A stretch of DNA of 64,000 nucleotides from Eledone cirrhosa. Taxonomy: Eukaryota. Within the stretch, counting starts at the first letter, position 1, and each line of letters opens with the position of its first letter. The stretch covers positions 380,866,001 through 380,930,000 of the forward strand of contig OZ024740.1 in NCBI GenBank assembly GCA_964016885.1. The letters run 5' to 3'. This document shows, in pieces, positions 27,808 to 43,120 of the stretch. The notes under the pieces were generated by a model. The model was given only the letters and a program-made list of their open reading frames with translations. It did not search any database and was not told the origin of the DNA. Both the position numbers and the translations under genes were made by a program.

Positions 27808-27907
27808 TCTGTGTGTGTGTGTGTATGTATATGTACATATGTATATGCGTATGTATATATATATATATATATATATATGGGTATATGTTTGTGTGTGTAT
27901 GTGTATG

Positions 27908-27938
<31 letters not shown>

Positions 27939-28791
27939 GGGTATATGTTTGTGTGTGTATGTGTATGTATGTGTATATATATATATATATGTGTGTATGT
28001 GTGCGTGTATGTATGTATATATATGTAGGTATATATATGTATATATATATATATATATATCATTTTTATATTCTTTTAATCTCCCCGCATCCTAAACAGC
28101 ACTTTCCAACTGCATCTAACTCTTATTTATGATATCTATATGTATTAGTATAGTTTTATCAATATAAATATACCCATCAATTAAATTAATTTTATATCCT
28201 TTTCATAGATGTATTTTTTTCACTAACATCCTAACCTTAAGACTCTGGTCACCTTTGATATTTGTATTGGCATCACTATTTTATAACAGCAACTGCTTGT
28301 ATACCTTCTACTGACCACCTGACCTAGTTTCACCCCTAAAATAAGTTTCAATTACTACTATTTTACCATTTGGCCTATTATTAATTTTCTATTGGTTAAT
28401 TCTAAACCTCTTACTAATCAGACAGAATTTATTTGATCTTTGTTGGTTAATTTCAATTAACAAAATAAAATTATTTCTGAGGTCAACATATGACCTACTC
28501 CTTCCCTAAAGTAATCCATTATTATATTGGATCTTTGTTGGTTTTATTCAATGAACAAATAAAATTATTTCTGAGGTCAACATATGACCTACTTCTTCCC
28601 TAAAGTAATCCTTCATTCATAATACTCTTTTCCATCCAAAACTGAAATCTACCTTCCTCTACCCATAATTTAACGTTCTTCTAATACTGTATCACTATCT
28701 TGACCCTCACTATCTCCTGATTGGTCAATTCAAAACCTGTTCCCAAACAGACCTATTGTATTGAATCTTTGTTGTCATCAATAAACAAGTA

Positions 28792-28933
28792 TCATTATTT
28801 CTGAAGACAGCATATATATGTGAAGGTATGTATATTCCCTCTGATAGTTTGTATAAATATTGTACATAGATCTATAGAATATGCATACCAATTCTAACAC
28901 ATATTTATCCTAGAAACGATCGTTAAATAATGA
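28792..28933 (+). ncRNA. Type I hammerhead with extended stem II (GUU site), mirror of 25881-26022
   Basis: Same motif; differs at the cleavage-site nucleotide. Confidence 0.85.
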
Positions 28934-28990
28934 ATTTTTTTAAATATAAGGAACTGTTTCTTTGTTTATTCATTATTTTTTTTAATACTT

Positions 28991-29021
<31 letters not shown>

Positions 29022-29024
29022 CAT

Positions 29025-29122
<98 letters not shown>

Positions 29123-29204
29123 GTTATTCCGGGTTGAATCGGAGTTAACCACAGTAAGTAAGGTACTCAATACATAGCAGAGTATAACAGTTTTAATATA
29201 GATG

Positions 29205-29255
29205 AGATTCTACAGGACTAGAACTGTTTCATTCATTAGAAATCATCAGGAATCT
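29205..29255 (-). ncRNA. Type I hammerhead with a true stem III, within element ~29122-29265
   Basis: agattc-CUGAUGA-tttc taat gaat-GAAACAG ttctagtc CUGUA-gaatct; 6-bp stem I; truncated relative at 54673-54798. Confidence 0.85.
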
Positions 29256-29267
29256 GGGTATCAAAAA

Positions 29268-29313
<46 letters not shown>

Positions 29314-29641
29314 TTATGTGTATTTATATAGAGTAACAGCGGGAGAGATATGTATATACCCGTACGCGAGCCTGAGTGAATGTGTTCATTATTTGCGTAC
29401 ACTTACTTGATAATTGGCCGATGCCTGGGATACATATTACCCTCTAACTTCAATGTTAACCTTGACAAATATCTATTCGTGATCAAACAAATACACATAA
29501 TTCATTCTCTTTTCCATAAGATGTAGCTCCTACGTTCCGGTACTAGAATAGGTGTTAAAAATATGTTTAAAATATTATGTTGCTATCTTCCTGGAGTTTC
29601 GGGGTAAATGTCATAATAATATAAACTTCCATATATAAATG

Positions 29642-29729
<88 letters not shown>

Positions 29730-30034
29730 TTATCTATAAAAGTCAGATTGTTGTTGTTGTGTGTGTGCATTTTCCATGTTTATACATTTGCACAATTTCA
29801 AGCCGATTCTGTATTCATACAGACTCAAAGTCTGTATGAATGTTGTAAATGGTCTAACCTAGGTCAATGACTTATTTTTTCCAACTCACCCACAATTACG
29901 GAAATAATGGATAAGACTAAATACATGACACTTTACCCCTCTAATATAATCTGATTCCCTCCCTCTATACATATATGTACAATTCAGGTGAAAGACGTGT
30001 TCTCAAGTATGGTTTGTCAATTTGTTGTGGAACT

Positions 30035-30162
<128 letters not shown>

Positions 30163-31142
30163 TTATATATATATATATAGAAGGAGAGTTATATATATAT
30201 ATAGAGAGAGAGTAATATTTATATATATATATACTTGACAAACCATACTTGAGAACACGTCTTTCACCTGAATTGTACATATATGTATAGAGTATATGTA
30301 TACTCTTTCACTTATTTACTGATTTCTTTCATTTGACGGTTACTATGCTGTTATGAGGTGACAATAATCGGTGAGAATAATAGCAATACCTACATACACA
30401 TGCCTGCATGCAGACATACCTAGTTGAAGATGTCTAAATTTCATTGAAAGGGTCCTGTGTCTATGTTGGAAACCGACTCTGTCTCCATCTATTGGTAAAA
30501 ATTTATAAAATTACAAAACCAGAAGAACATACATACATACATAAATACATACATACATACGTACATACATACGATTGCTTCATCTTGTTAGATGATAACC
30601 GCCACAAAATGACCTCAATCATTCCAGCAATTCTACACCCTCCCTTGTGCACGGAGGTGACTTCTCATTTCAACAACAAAAGGCAAGATCACGACCACAC
30701 TCCAGGCACATAATACACATCAGTACAGATCACTAGGGAACCGTGCTTACATCTATACAAACATGTATAAATGCATACATATATACATACGTACATACAT
30801 ATATACATACACACATACATACATACATATATACATTCATAAATAAATGCATACATGCATATGCGTGAGTTTGTGTATGTATGTATTTATGTATATTTAT
30901 ATCTTTTCAGAGACAGACAGAGAGATGCATATGTGTATATGTGAATACATGTGTGTGTATAGGTGTGTTTCAGATGTTTAATGTGTTACCAAGATGACCT
31001 AGACAGAATAGTACCTAATGTATAGAGGCATGACGGGCTCTTGGGAAATATATTTCAGTTCCTTTCCTTGTTATCGACGTCCAGATTCCACAGTTCATTC
31101 GAAATATTTACACACACAGATACAAATATTTATATATAATGT

Positions 31143-31210
<68 letters not shown>

Positions 31211-31241
31211 GAGCGGAACAAGTAAACATTAAACAATCTTT

Positions 31242-31316
<75 letters not shown>

Positions 31317-31317
31317 C

Positions 31318-31395
<78 letters not shown>

Positions 31396-31780
31396 CTGTG
31401 TGTGTGTGTGTGTGTGTGTATTTATATAGAGTAACAGCGGGTGAGATATGTATATACCCGTACGCGAGCGTGAGTGAATGTGTTCATTATTTGCGTACAC
31501 TTACTTGATAATTGGCCGATGCCTGGGATACATATTAGCTTCTAACTTCAATGTTAGCCTTCACAAATATCTATTCGTGATCAAACAAATACACATAATT
31601 CATTCTCTTTTCCATAAGATGTAGCTCCTACGTTCCGGTACTAGAATAGGTGTTAAAAATATGTTTAAAATATTATAATAATAATGAAATTATTGTGTAC
31701 AGTGCTCAGGTGCACTATGTTGCTACCTTCCTGGAGTTTCGGGGTAAATGTCATAATAATATAAACCTCCATATATAAAT

Positions 31781-31854
<74 letters not shown>

Positions 31855-32195
31855 TTATCTATAAAAGGTAGATTGTTGTTGTTGTGTGTGTATGTGCATT
31901 TTCCATGTTTATACATTTGCACAATTTCAAGCCGATTCAACTCAAAGTCTGTATGAATGTTGTAAATGGTCTAACTTAGGTGAATGACTTATTTTTTCCA
32001 ACTCACCCACAATTACGGAAATAATGGATAAGACTAAATACATGACGCTTTACCCCTCTAATATGATCTGATTCCCTCCCTCTACATTCCTTAAAATTCG
32101 ATAAAACTACATACATGCCGCAACTTTCTCTTATATACGCTTAAACTTACAAACTTCCTTTAGGAACTCGGAAGAAAGAAGAGAGAAAGAAATGA

Positions 32196-32286
<91 letters not shown>

Positions 32287-32499
32287 TTTGTTTTTGAGTG
32301 TGGAACGGTCAAAAATTTATTTACTTCAATGACAACGAAGAGAACTTATTACATTTCATACCAAACAACAATTATTCAAAAGCAACAGATAAATTTATTC
32401 GACAACAAAAAGAAAATAGCGATAAATCTTTTTTAAAACATCTCTCAACGAACGTGGAAGAAAGAAGTATCAGTTTATTTACTATACACAATAATATCC

Positions 32500-32884
32500 T
32501 CTATGAGGTCACTAAACCTGCTAGAAACAGCAGCTAACTCTCCCCCATATCACACCCCTCCCTACTGTCTTAAATTTAGAAAACACACATTAGTCAACCA
32601 TGCAGAACAACTCCATCGCAGCTCTGTTGTTCGGCTGGCATCGTCTACGCGCGTGTTGCGCAAGTACTGTGAAACAATAAATTTCAACACTTCTTTGCAC
32701 AGAGATAATATGCATAAGCGAAACTACAATTGTCACTGCTGGCGCAGCTCCTGCTTCGGCAGTCCAGGTCTGAAATTCATTCACCCAGTGCCTGGCAGAC
32801 AAAAAAGTGCTGCCATAAAATGGGTGGTGCAACCTAACTTTGGTAACTTACTGACCCCGAGCAACGCCGGGCTTTAATGCTAGT
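32500..32884 (+). mobile_element. Helitron 3' terminus (upstream boundary uncertain)
   Basis: ccccgagcaacgccggg hairpin followed by ...gctag|t. Confidence 0.6.
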
Positions 32885-32980
32885 ATATATATATGTGTGT
32901 GTGTGTGTGTGTCTGTCTGTTTCTCTGTGTTTAAACATTTATAAACCTAAGCCAACAGCAAGTTGTTATTTCTGTTTACC

Positions 32981-33172
<192 letters not shown>

Positions 33173-35226
33173 GTAATATTCTTGTATGCTGCTTGACGTT
33201 GCTAAAACAATAAACAATTTCTACTGTTAGGAAGTACTTCTATGGGACAAAGAAAGAAGAAAAGTTATTTCTGATGTTATGTAGAGTTATCTGGAATATC
33301 GGTGAAACATTCTCATGAAAACATCTGCCAAATGCAAATACAACAGAAATGCTATTATTGTTTGGAACAGAAAACAAATATACAGTGGTGTAGCGGTCAA
33401 CTGTCCATGGGGTGAGAATATTTTATTTAAAATTAGTAAAGAAGAGAACTGTTGCCGAATCTAAAATACTTCTGTCAGTTTAAATCTGAACTCCAAATCA
33501 TTGGTTCACTTTATTAGTGTTTATATAATAGTCGTATTATTGCAAATTTTACCAATAAGTAGAAAAGGGAAAATATGCAAGACTTTTCTAAAAATATAAC
33601 AGTTAATTCACTAGAGAATAACAAAAATAAAAGAAAATCAACATATATGTTCTTATGTTTGTTAATCCATTGATGTACTGGACGATATAACAAATGATTA
33701 GTGTATAATCCTTGAAATACTGAGGCTCTGTATAGATTCCCATTTAATGGTGGCAGAATAAACATTTATAAGAGTTTTTCCATTTGTTTATGAGAAAGAT
33801 ACTCAGATATATTGATGGATACATACATATGTATGTATAATTTATGTGTATATATATACAACTGTATAATCTCATACACACATAAACAAGTGTATGGTAC
33901 TTCTTTCATTAGTGCTTGTTATTACTGTTGTATACTTAATAAGATTTTCCCTGGTTAATGGAACCGATGATCAAACATGATGCTGTTGTAACCTTCTCGT
34001 CTATTTCGAGCTATGTAGTCCTACGTTATCCAATAGTCTGGCTTCTGTATCTAGCAAGGCAATCGTTCATATAGGGGTTCCTTCGTTTCGTTAGGTCAGA
34101 CGACATAGATTAGAAAGGAGTTTGAACAGCAGTTATGCAGGTTCTAGGGAGACATTATCAAGAAATTTGTCTACTCAGTGTTTGTCAGCCGAAATGCTGT
34201 AGATGTTATAGGGGAAAATGTAGTATGATAAGTAGGTTTCTGGAGATAAGACACAATCAACTAATCCAAAGGAGAAAAAGCATTGACATTTTAGTATGGG
34301 TTAGCTAGTGAAGAAGATGCAATATATATTATCTTTGAGGGTATACCAGAAGGTTGCTTTACTGAGGATTAATGATGAGGTGGAATATTTAGTAGATGAT
34401 CTGGGAATGAAGACACGGTATGAATTGTTACAGGCGAATACAACTAGCAAATTCCGAGGTGCAAAAGTCGCTGTAGTGGCATAAAGAAGGTGCTTTACTA
34501 AGTGTGTTCTTGACAATTAGCCGAATTCCAGATTTTTGAGCAATGAAGTAATGTGAGCTATTCTTGAAATTTATTATATGATGACAACGGATTATTGCTT
34601 AAGTATTTTCTGTACCTGAATGTACGTAGTTTGGTGATGTTATATATATATGTTCATCATACAAGTTCATCAAGGAGTATGGAAACTAGAATTTGTTACA
34701 TATTTCAGGGTTTTAATTCAGGGGGTTTATAAATATAGAGAATGATGTTCAATAACAAGAGAGTTTCTTTGATATGTATGGTGATTATGCTTGGACTCTT
34801 AAAAGAGACTAACTTGTTATGTTATACTTCCCTTAAAGGCGCTGCTTATTGCAACTAAGAGTATAGCAACTTTTTTTCCTGTTAATTCTCTTTCATATAT
34901 GAAGTGAATTCCAGACACGTAATGCATACGAATGAACATTATGTAATATAGCCAGAGGGTGTAGAATGTTATGTAATTGTACAGAAACATATGTTAAAGT
35001 TAGATTACACAATAAATTCTTCTTCTGTCCATATCTTCCTGCCTAACTTTTCATTTTTTTTTTCCTAGTACCACATTTTTATTTATTAAATGTTCCGTAA
35101 ACGTATCCTTGGAAATTGCAACATAAACATTTTACGTGGATACCTATGCTACACAACTCTATGGGACATGTCGAGAAAAATATTTGGTAAGCAGTCTTTT
35201 CATATTTCGTTTGCGCTTTCGCCTCA

Positions 35227-35323
<97 letters not shown>

Positions 35324-35540
35324 ATAACAAAATATCGTTATAGTTAATCCAATTAGAGGTTGTGAATACTTCTTATTATGGATAGTTTTAGCGTACGGCG
35401 TTGCTTGACTCAACAAAAGGTTTACGTAGATGACGAGTTTATGATTTCACTTGTATTCCTATGTAAGTTTATCTTGGAGTAATAAAATTGAAAAAGGGGA
35501 GAATAACATGGTCAACAGGTCAAAAAAGGGGATTTATTTG

Positions 35541-35650
35541 CAGTCTAACAATTGTTTCATTGATTGAGTTGCCTAAAAATTGCTGAACGCTAAAAGCAGT
35601 GCCACTCAATTTTAAATACGATGTTAACTCTATTAGATCATCGGAAACTG
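35541..35650 (-). ncRNA. Degenerate hammerhead (CCGAUGA core), antisense upstream of the PLE fragment
   Basis: cagttt-CCGAUGA-[~80 nt]-GAAAC AAUU GUU-agactg; 6-bp stem I. Confidence 0.6.
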
Positions 35651-35864
35651 TTAAAAAAATATATATGTAACCGGCAAATTTACAAATTCAAATTACATCA
35701 TCAATAATAATATTAATAATAAAAATATAGAAAGAAAAGGAGGAAGAAAGGGAGATAGATACACTAAAGAAAGAAAGGAAAGGAAGGAGAAAGAAGAAGA
35801 AGGAAAAAGAAAAAGAAAAAGAAAAAGAAAAAGAAAAAGAAAAAGAAAAAGAGAAAGAAGAAGA

Positions 35865-36925
35865 ATCTCGCGCCTATCTTCTAACATAGACATTTTTAAT
35901 GAACACGCTAACTACTATAACATAGCTTTACTTAAGGCAGGCCATAAATAGAGACTCAAATACATACCAGATACAAAAAATAACAACACACTTAATATTA
36001 ATAGCACCATCCACACCTATAGAAACAACACACCTAGGACTAAACATAAAAATTGGCAACAAGCGCGTAAATCAAAAGAACAGAATATTAATACAAAGAC
36101 CACTAATAACTATAGAAGATGCAGAAATAGAAACTACTTATGGTTCAATCCAATGTTTAACTCCTCTATAAAAACTTAGCTACCTTACACTTTCTTCAAA
36201 TTAGTTGACAAACATTTCCCTAAAATTCATAAATATCATATAATCTTTAATAGAAAAACTATCAAACTTTCATACTCCACAGCCAACAACATAGAATCGG
36301 ACATACATAAAATTAACTATAAAAGAATTTATAATACAAGTGGCTCGCAAATAAGTACCATAACACCTAATACAAAACATAAGCATATAACATCATCTCA
36401 ACCAAACACACATCATCACAATACATCAACAAACCCAATTCCCAGCCCATACATAGCAACCTACAAAACCATATAGAAGAACCGGCGCATAGAAAAGCAT
36501 CTAAATGTAACTGCTATCTACCTGACAAATGCTCTTTACAAAATAGATGCCTAGAGACAAATATAGTATACCTATGTACTATAAATCCAGGTAGCTTAGC
36601 ATGGCATTACATTGGTTCCACAGCTGGGGAGTTTAAGAAAAGGTAGTACGTACATAGACACTAACAGAAATCTCTCAAGGACAACGATTCTCTCACCAAT
36701 AAAATCTGGCAACTTAAAGATGCAAAGATGGAATATAAAATCAGCTGGACAAAGCTATCAAAAGCAAAGGCCTATCAAATTGGTATGTCCCACTGTGGTC
36801 TCAGTAATATGGAGCTTTTCCAAATTTTAAATTACAACAAAATCCTTCTTAACAGTAAAATTGAAAAAAACATTTTTTGTCGACATAAATCGGCGACTAA
36901 ATTTGAGAACTTTAGACCAGCTTAA
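35865..36925 (+). mobile_element. Penelope-like element (Neptune-type) RT C-terminus, linker and GIY-YIG, decayed
   Basis: FNEHANYYNIAL, RNYLWFNPMF, LVDKHFPKIHKYHIIFNRKTIKLSYS, CNC...C...CL...IVY, YIGST...FKKR, ISWTKL, CRHK. Confidence 0.9.
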
Positions 36926-38398
36926 TTCCATCTTATCTATTCCATAACCCAGATTGTACCACTTGGATCTATCACATTATAGACATCATCATCATTATAA
37001 TTATAATTATAATTATAATTGTCATCCTCTATCAAAGAACAACATCAAAACCTCTTATATTTACATTCTTATTTTATATATCTTATTTTTCACTCTTTAT
37101 CTTTATATTTCAGTCCCTAAATTTATTTCTTCTCTGTCATTTTATATATTTTTTTATATATTTTCTCATATATTTTTTATATATCTATTTTTATTTTTAT
37201 TTACATATATTCATGTATTAACGTTTATTCATCTATTTGTTTTCAATATATGTTTTAGAAGAGTTGTTTGTGTTGACCGTGCAGGAGTAAATGATGTCTT
37301 TGATTAAGCAATTATTACCTAATGGGCAAGTTCTATTTGATCTACAATTACATTTATTTTGGATGTTATCTTGCCGGTTATTATGTTGTGTAGAAGTCTG
37401 GTTGCTATGGATATCATTAGGGTAATGATGGTTGTCGTTCCTATTGTTATTGATTTCATTAGTGTTATTACTATTATTACTATTGCTACTAGGGTTTGTA
37501 GGTATTATGTTGTTCTGTAAGTTTACCTCCTTTAGTTGGAAATAATTATTAATCTTCCTTTTATTACTACTAGCTATATGGTATGCGATGTTAGGTGTGG
37601 TAGGGTAAGATATTTTAATGGTGTTTTTATTTATAAGATTATGGTATTTGTGGCCAGATGGGCCATATATATAACATTATGTAAAAGGGATTCAATTGTC
37701 ACACTATATAATGTCTATTAGAGCAAAGATTTTAAATAGTTTAATGAGCTAGTTACCTGCCCTTACGCATTAGCTCTCCTTAATTTTTTTATCTCATATC
37801 CACTTCCGGATTTTAAACCGTTAGAAAATCTCGCTGTAGAACTACTCTAATCCATGAATATGAATACAATAAGACCAAGTTACAATCCCTTACTATAACT
37901 AACTAAAAACATTCAATACAAACGTTAACTAAAATATAATTTAACATATGTAATGGATGGGAAATCAGTAACTTTCATATTCTTCACACATACAAATTTG
38001 AAATATACAGAAACTATCATCGTTTTACATCCTCCATAATACACTAACATATTCGCTTAAAGTGCTTGTATTTTATGTATTACCTTGCCATACAGTATTC
38101 ATATATGCCTAATACCTTTGCTTGTTTCCTTCTCATATATATGACTAACGCATGTACAATCTCTACACGCTTGAATATGTACTTCTTTAATTATTAGACT
38201 ATTCTCTTGTATTATCAGTCGCATATATTCCACTCTGTGCTTTTAATTTTAATTTGAATTATTGTACAATTCTCGTATAATATATGTCGCATCCATTACA
38301 CCCTGTAAATACTAAACTGTTGTTCACAACATCAATATATATGTATCTATATGATTGTTCAGTTGAATAGGAGGTTGATTATATGTACAAACATTGAT

Positions 38399-38450
38399 AA
38401 TGCTCCGATGACTCCAAACTAAAGTTTGGAAGAAACAATTGTCAACGATT
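38399..38450 (+). ncRNA. Degenerate minimal hammerhead near the 3' end of the PLE region
   Basis: CCGAUGA-ctccaaact aa agtttggaa-GAAAC AAUU GUC; stem I poor. Confidence 0.55.
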
Positions 38451-38510
38451 AAATGATTTGAACATAACTTTGATACTTGTGTAATTTATATATATATATA
38501 ATAATATGTA

Positions 38511-38563
<53 letters not shown>

Positions 38564-38597
38564 ACGGTATCACATATTCACTGATTATATATATGTG

Positions 38598-38645
<48 letters not shown>

Positions 38646-38648
<3 letters not shown>

Positions 38649-38876
38649 AAAATGTATGACCCCGGCGTCAGAGCTCAAGCGGTTCCGACGGCTATTTCTG
38701 GACTACTATTTATACTAGTGGACTACTATTTCTATTTAGTCCAGAAATAGCCGTCGAAACGGCTTGAGCTCTGCCGTCGGGGTCATACATTTTCCTATTA
38801 CCCATTCTTCTACCCTAAGTATTGAGTACTCTGGTGCGTTATGGTCCATCAGGTTCCTTACCACAACTCCTTCGTT
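38646..38876 (+). mobile_element. Fold-back element with HHR 3' half (family of 3741-3952)
   Basis: Inverted arms 38646-38705 / 38737-38797; gaaacggcttgagctctgccgtc. Confidence 0.8.
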
Positions 38877-39244
38877 ATATATATAATCAGTGAATATGTG
38901 ATACCGTCTCTTCCTTTTCTTAATACATATGTATATATATATACACTAACGGCCTCCCGGCCTTTGCTGCGTTCTGTACTGTGCTCAAATCTATTCATAA
39001 GGCACCTGTGGCATCTATCGTAATGCCCATTTTCCTTAAAATATAAGTTGTAAAAGCTATTTAGATATTGCGTAACATAATTTTAAAATTGTATTTAGAA
39101 TATCAAAATACAAAAGTAACAAAGATAGAATAATGTATTCTCCGAAAATTATAAAACATTTACAGAACTTCAGTAACTACAATGTTTTTAGCTTTTTTTT
39201 TCTTTGGAGTATATATGAAGAGTTTGAATGACTGTGTCATTCTT

Positions 39245-39560
39245 CCATCCAAGTTTGTGTGGCAGCATACCGTGTAGTTTCAGACTGTTGAGAAATTCAA
39301 CTAGATAATGACCAGTACTTGTCGACAACTTTGACAGGCTACCTCCAGGGATTATTTGTGAGAGATTTTGTTGATGGCATTCCCTGTGATGCTTTGGGGT
39401 GCAAGGATTGCTGTTTCATACAACCACTCTTCGTTGGAATGGTGGATTTCCACATTTGGTACATTTGATTAAGTTTACAATGATTTCCACAACAGTACTA
39501 AATGTTGAAGGATCAAAACTTCCTTCGGTATCAAGAGATTGCCTTTTTAAAAGAATGAAA
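39245..39560 (-). mobile_element. Helitron RepHel PIF1-like helicase fragment
   Basis: Reverse strand reads EEWLYETAILAP...NAINK...VEFLNSLKLHGMLPHKL. Confidence 0.8.
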
Positions 39561-39810
39561 AATGTTTCCACTAAAGAAATATCCGACACTGGCAAAATCG
39601 GAGGGTCCTCCCCCTCTTCCGTTTTCAGAGAAAATGTGGATGTCGAGCATATAGGTCAGATTAGTTGAAAACACACGAAAAGCTTAAATATTTCCAATTT
39701 TATCATTAGAAATCAACGTACAAACAAACTTGCTTCATATATTATATATATATCTCCTCATCACCATTATTACCGTTTTACTTCCATTTTTCCACGCTAC
39801 CATGGGTTAG

Positions 39811-39861
<51 letters not shown>

Positions 39862-40070
39862 TTTCTTATATCAATGTTAATATCTATTATTCTTGCTTTC
39901 TTCCCATATGCGGTATCCCTGGAATGTTCTTTGACAAAGTTATCTGTGTTCTAACTTTTGATTCATATTCTAATGATTTCGGGCTTGTACTTGGATGAAA
40001 AGATCGTTAGTAATTAAATGTTATTAAACAGTCTTTGATTGTTATTTATAAAGTATATATATATATATAT

Positions 40071-40267
40071 GAAAAACCACAAACCCTCCATCTCAATTCT
40101 ACTTTTGGAAAGCACAAGAACTGTGAAACCGGTAAAGGAACCAAAATAAATATATTTAAAAAAAAAAAACTCCAGTTGCATTTTCGATTTCATCTTTTTT
40201 CCTTATACTTTCACTCGTGTAGGACACCTCGTTTTTTTTTTCATTTTGTAAAAAAGTCTCACTTTCT

Positions 40268-40270
<3 letters not shown>
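40071..40270 (+). mobile_element. Third copy of the U3-A8 HHR family, with a mutated core
   Basis: Matches 3350-3487; ttggaaa gca...tgt gaaaccggta. Confidence 0.75.
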
Positions 40271-40330
<60 letters not shown>

Positions 40331-40398
40331 CAAGGTTTAGCAAATAGAGAAAAAGTTTTAAAATAAATTTTAAAAACTTTACTGTACTTACTATATTT

Positions 40399-40483
40399 AC
40401 CCTTACCGCGCGGTTTCAAGTCTCAAAATAAATGGATAATCCATGCGGAACACCAATTGAGAAGGAGAATTTCGTCAGAGGGT
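40399..40483 (-). ncRNA. Type I hammerhead with intact core, within element ~40328-40637 between (TA)n tracts
   Basis: accct-CUGACGA-aa..tctcaa...ttgaga.tt-GAAAC CGCGCG GUA-agggt; 5-bp stem I, palindromic stem III. Confidence 0.85.
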
Positions 40484-40708
40484 TCTTCTCACTCGGCGAA
40501 TATAAAATTCTCGAGTTCAAATCACGAACTGGCGCCATACAGAACTGTTCCCGGAAGAGAGTGTATGATAAGGAAACAATCTTGTCTAGTGCCGTGTGTA
40601 AAGATAGAAGGCAAGGGCGGAAAGGTCAATGTCGTTTATATATATATATATATTTAATCACATGTAATATACTTGTTATTTTACATTGAGCTATTTTCAT
40701 ACTATATA

Positions 40709-40750
<42 letters not shown>

Positions 40751-41012
40751 GATATAGAGAAACAGCGGAGAGGGCGTGGAATAGTTATATAGTGAGACAT
40801 TAAGCGAGATATAGATAGAAAGAAATTATAGGGATTTATAAACCAGGCAAAGAGTATCTTCCTCAGAGTCACTAGAAAGAATCCCTAGAAAGAGAAGTAA
40901 AATCACCCCCACCTCCTCCCCCAATTCTATTTTCGAGGAAAAAGTCGATGGCGAGCATGTCCGAGATCAGATTAGTTGAAAACAAAGAAACTTTTTAGAA
41001 ATAACTATTATA

Positions 41013-41048
<36 letters not shown>

Positions 41049-41131
41049 TGTATGAATGTATGTATGTATGTATGTATGTATGCATGTAGTGTGGGTGTGG
41101 GTGTGGGTGTGTGGTGTGTGTGTGTGTGGTG

Positions 41132-41239
<108 letters not shown>

Positions 41240-41535
41240 ATCTGTGCATGTTTGTGACAGAGTGTGAGAGATTCAGACATATGAAAAAAGTATACTTTAG
41301 AAAAAGAAAAAAAATATTACATAAAATAAACCACTGATAATTCTATATCAATTCTCTTTCATTTTCTTCCTCACTCTCATACTCTTTCTAACTCATTCCA
41401 TATCCTCTTTGCTGTTCCTGCTAAACAATTCATATTTTCCTTTTTCTATTTAAATACTCATTCCCTAACCCCTTTTCATTTTTTCAAACACGTACACACA
41501 GGTTTGTATGTGTGAGTATATATGTCAATGCCGTT

Positions 41536-41633
<98 letters not shown>

Positions 41634-41806
41634 TACAAACACACATGCTCCATTCTTTCTTTGCTTTCTTTTTAACTTAAGGCCTCCAACGAAGACGACA
41701 TTTGTCTTACAAATTTCATACAACCTTCTGAACATATATATATTTTAAATATGGAGCGAAACAAAACAATATGACAGTCTAACATGACTATAGTAGTTTG
41801 TAGACG

Positions 41807-41882
<76 letters not shown>

Positions 41883-42831
41883 CTCACACACACATACACA
41901 CACGCGCACACACACACAAGAATGTACGTATTTACATATGTATGCATGTATGTAACTATGAATGTATTTTTTGTAGTGTTTATATGTATATATGGATGGA
42001 TGTATACACACACGCACCTATATATACATACAGATATATGTGTGTTTATGTATGTGTGTGTATGTGTGTATTATATATGTATGTATCTATGTGTATTATG
42101 TGTATGTATATGTGAGTATGTGTGTAAGTATGCATGTATGCATGTGTATGGAAGTACGTATGTATGTATGTTTTTATGCATGTATGTGTATGTATGTGTG
42201 TATATGTATGTATGCATGTGTGTAAGTATGCATGTATGTATGCATGTATGTATGTATGTAAATGTTTGTATGTGTATGTATGTATGCATGTATGTATGTG
42301 TGTGTAAGTACGTATATATGTATGTATGCATGTATGCTTGTATGTATGTGTATATATTTATGTATGTGTGTGTATGTATGTATATATGTATGTATGCATG
42401 TATGTATGTATGTATGTATGTATGTATATGTTTGTATGCACGTAACAAGCACACGAAGCTGAAGAAGACAACATAACAATATGATAATGGTTTTCTGTGA
42501 GATCTGTTGCATTGTTCGTCAACCTCGGGACCAGATGTTACCCATTCAAATATTCAACATGAACGAAAGATATGTGCCAGATATGGACTGAAGATAAGAA
42601 AGGAGCGGGAACAGAAGGATGAGAGCTGAGATGATAATATAGTAGAGAAGGGAGGATGGGTTAATGGAATGAATAAACGAACAGGAACGTTTTGATAAGG
42701 AGGAAGAAGAAAGAGGAAGATATAGAAGACACAGAATTGTTATTAAAAGAAAGAGAAAGGGGAAAATAAAGAAGAAAACAAATAAACTATAATACTGACA
42801 ATACTGTTTCTATATGATTGTTAATCTAGAG

Positions 42832-43120
42832 CAGGCATGGGCAACCTTTTTCGAGAAGCGGGCCGCCTGAGATATGGTTCATCATGAGGCGAGCCGCAAA
42901 CGCTAATTTACATTCGTGCCCACATTAAAAATAAAGGGCTTTAACTCAGGTTGTTTAGATTTGTTTCTTCAGAATTCGTACACGTTTTCCTCGATCGCAA
43001 AAATGATAGAAAAATAAATTACGACTGAAAATTTTGGGTAAAAAAATCAGAAAGATTTCACTTAGGTGACTTAGGCGAGCCATTCAGAAAGCCTCGCGGG
43101 CCGCAGGTTGCACATGACTA
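42832..43120. mobile_element. hAT (Buster/Charlie-type) MITE
   Basis: Imperfect TIRs caggcatgggcaacct / aggttgcacatgacta; exact 8-bp TSD atctagag at 42824-42831 and 43121-43128. Confidence 0.9.

Larger units (their letters stand above)
25701..28990 (+). mobile_element. Truncated Penelope-like element with ~830-bp inverted pseudo-LTRs (25830-26659 / 28155-28985)
   Basis: Inverted arms each carry an HHR and enclose a GIY-YIG fragment; inserted in (TA)n. Confidence 0.85.

Noticed and set aside
33990-34560. Possible LINE endonuclease relic or exon on the minus strand
   Set aside because: No diagnostic motif could be read with confidence.
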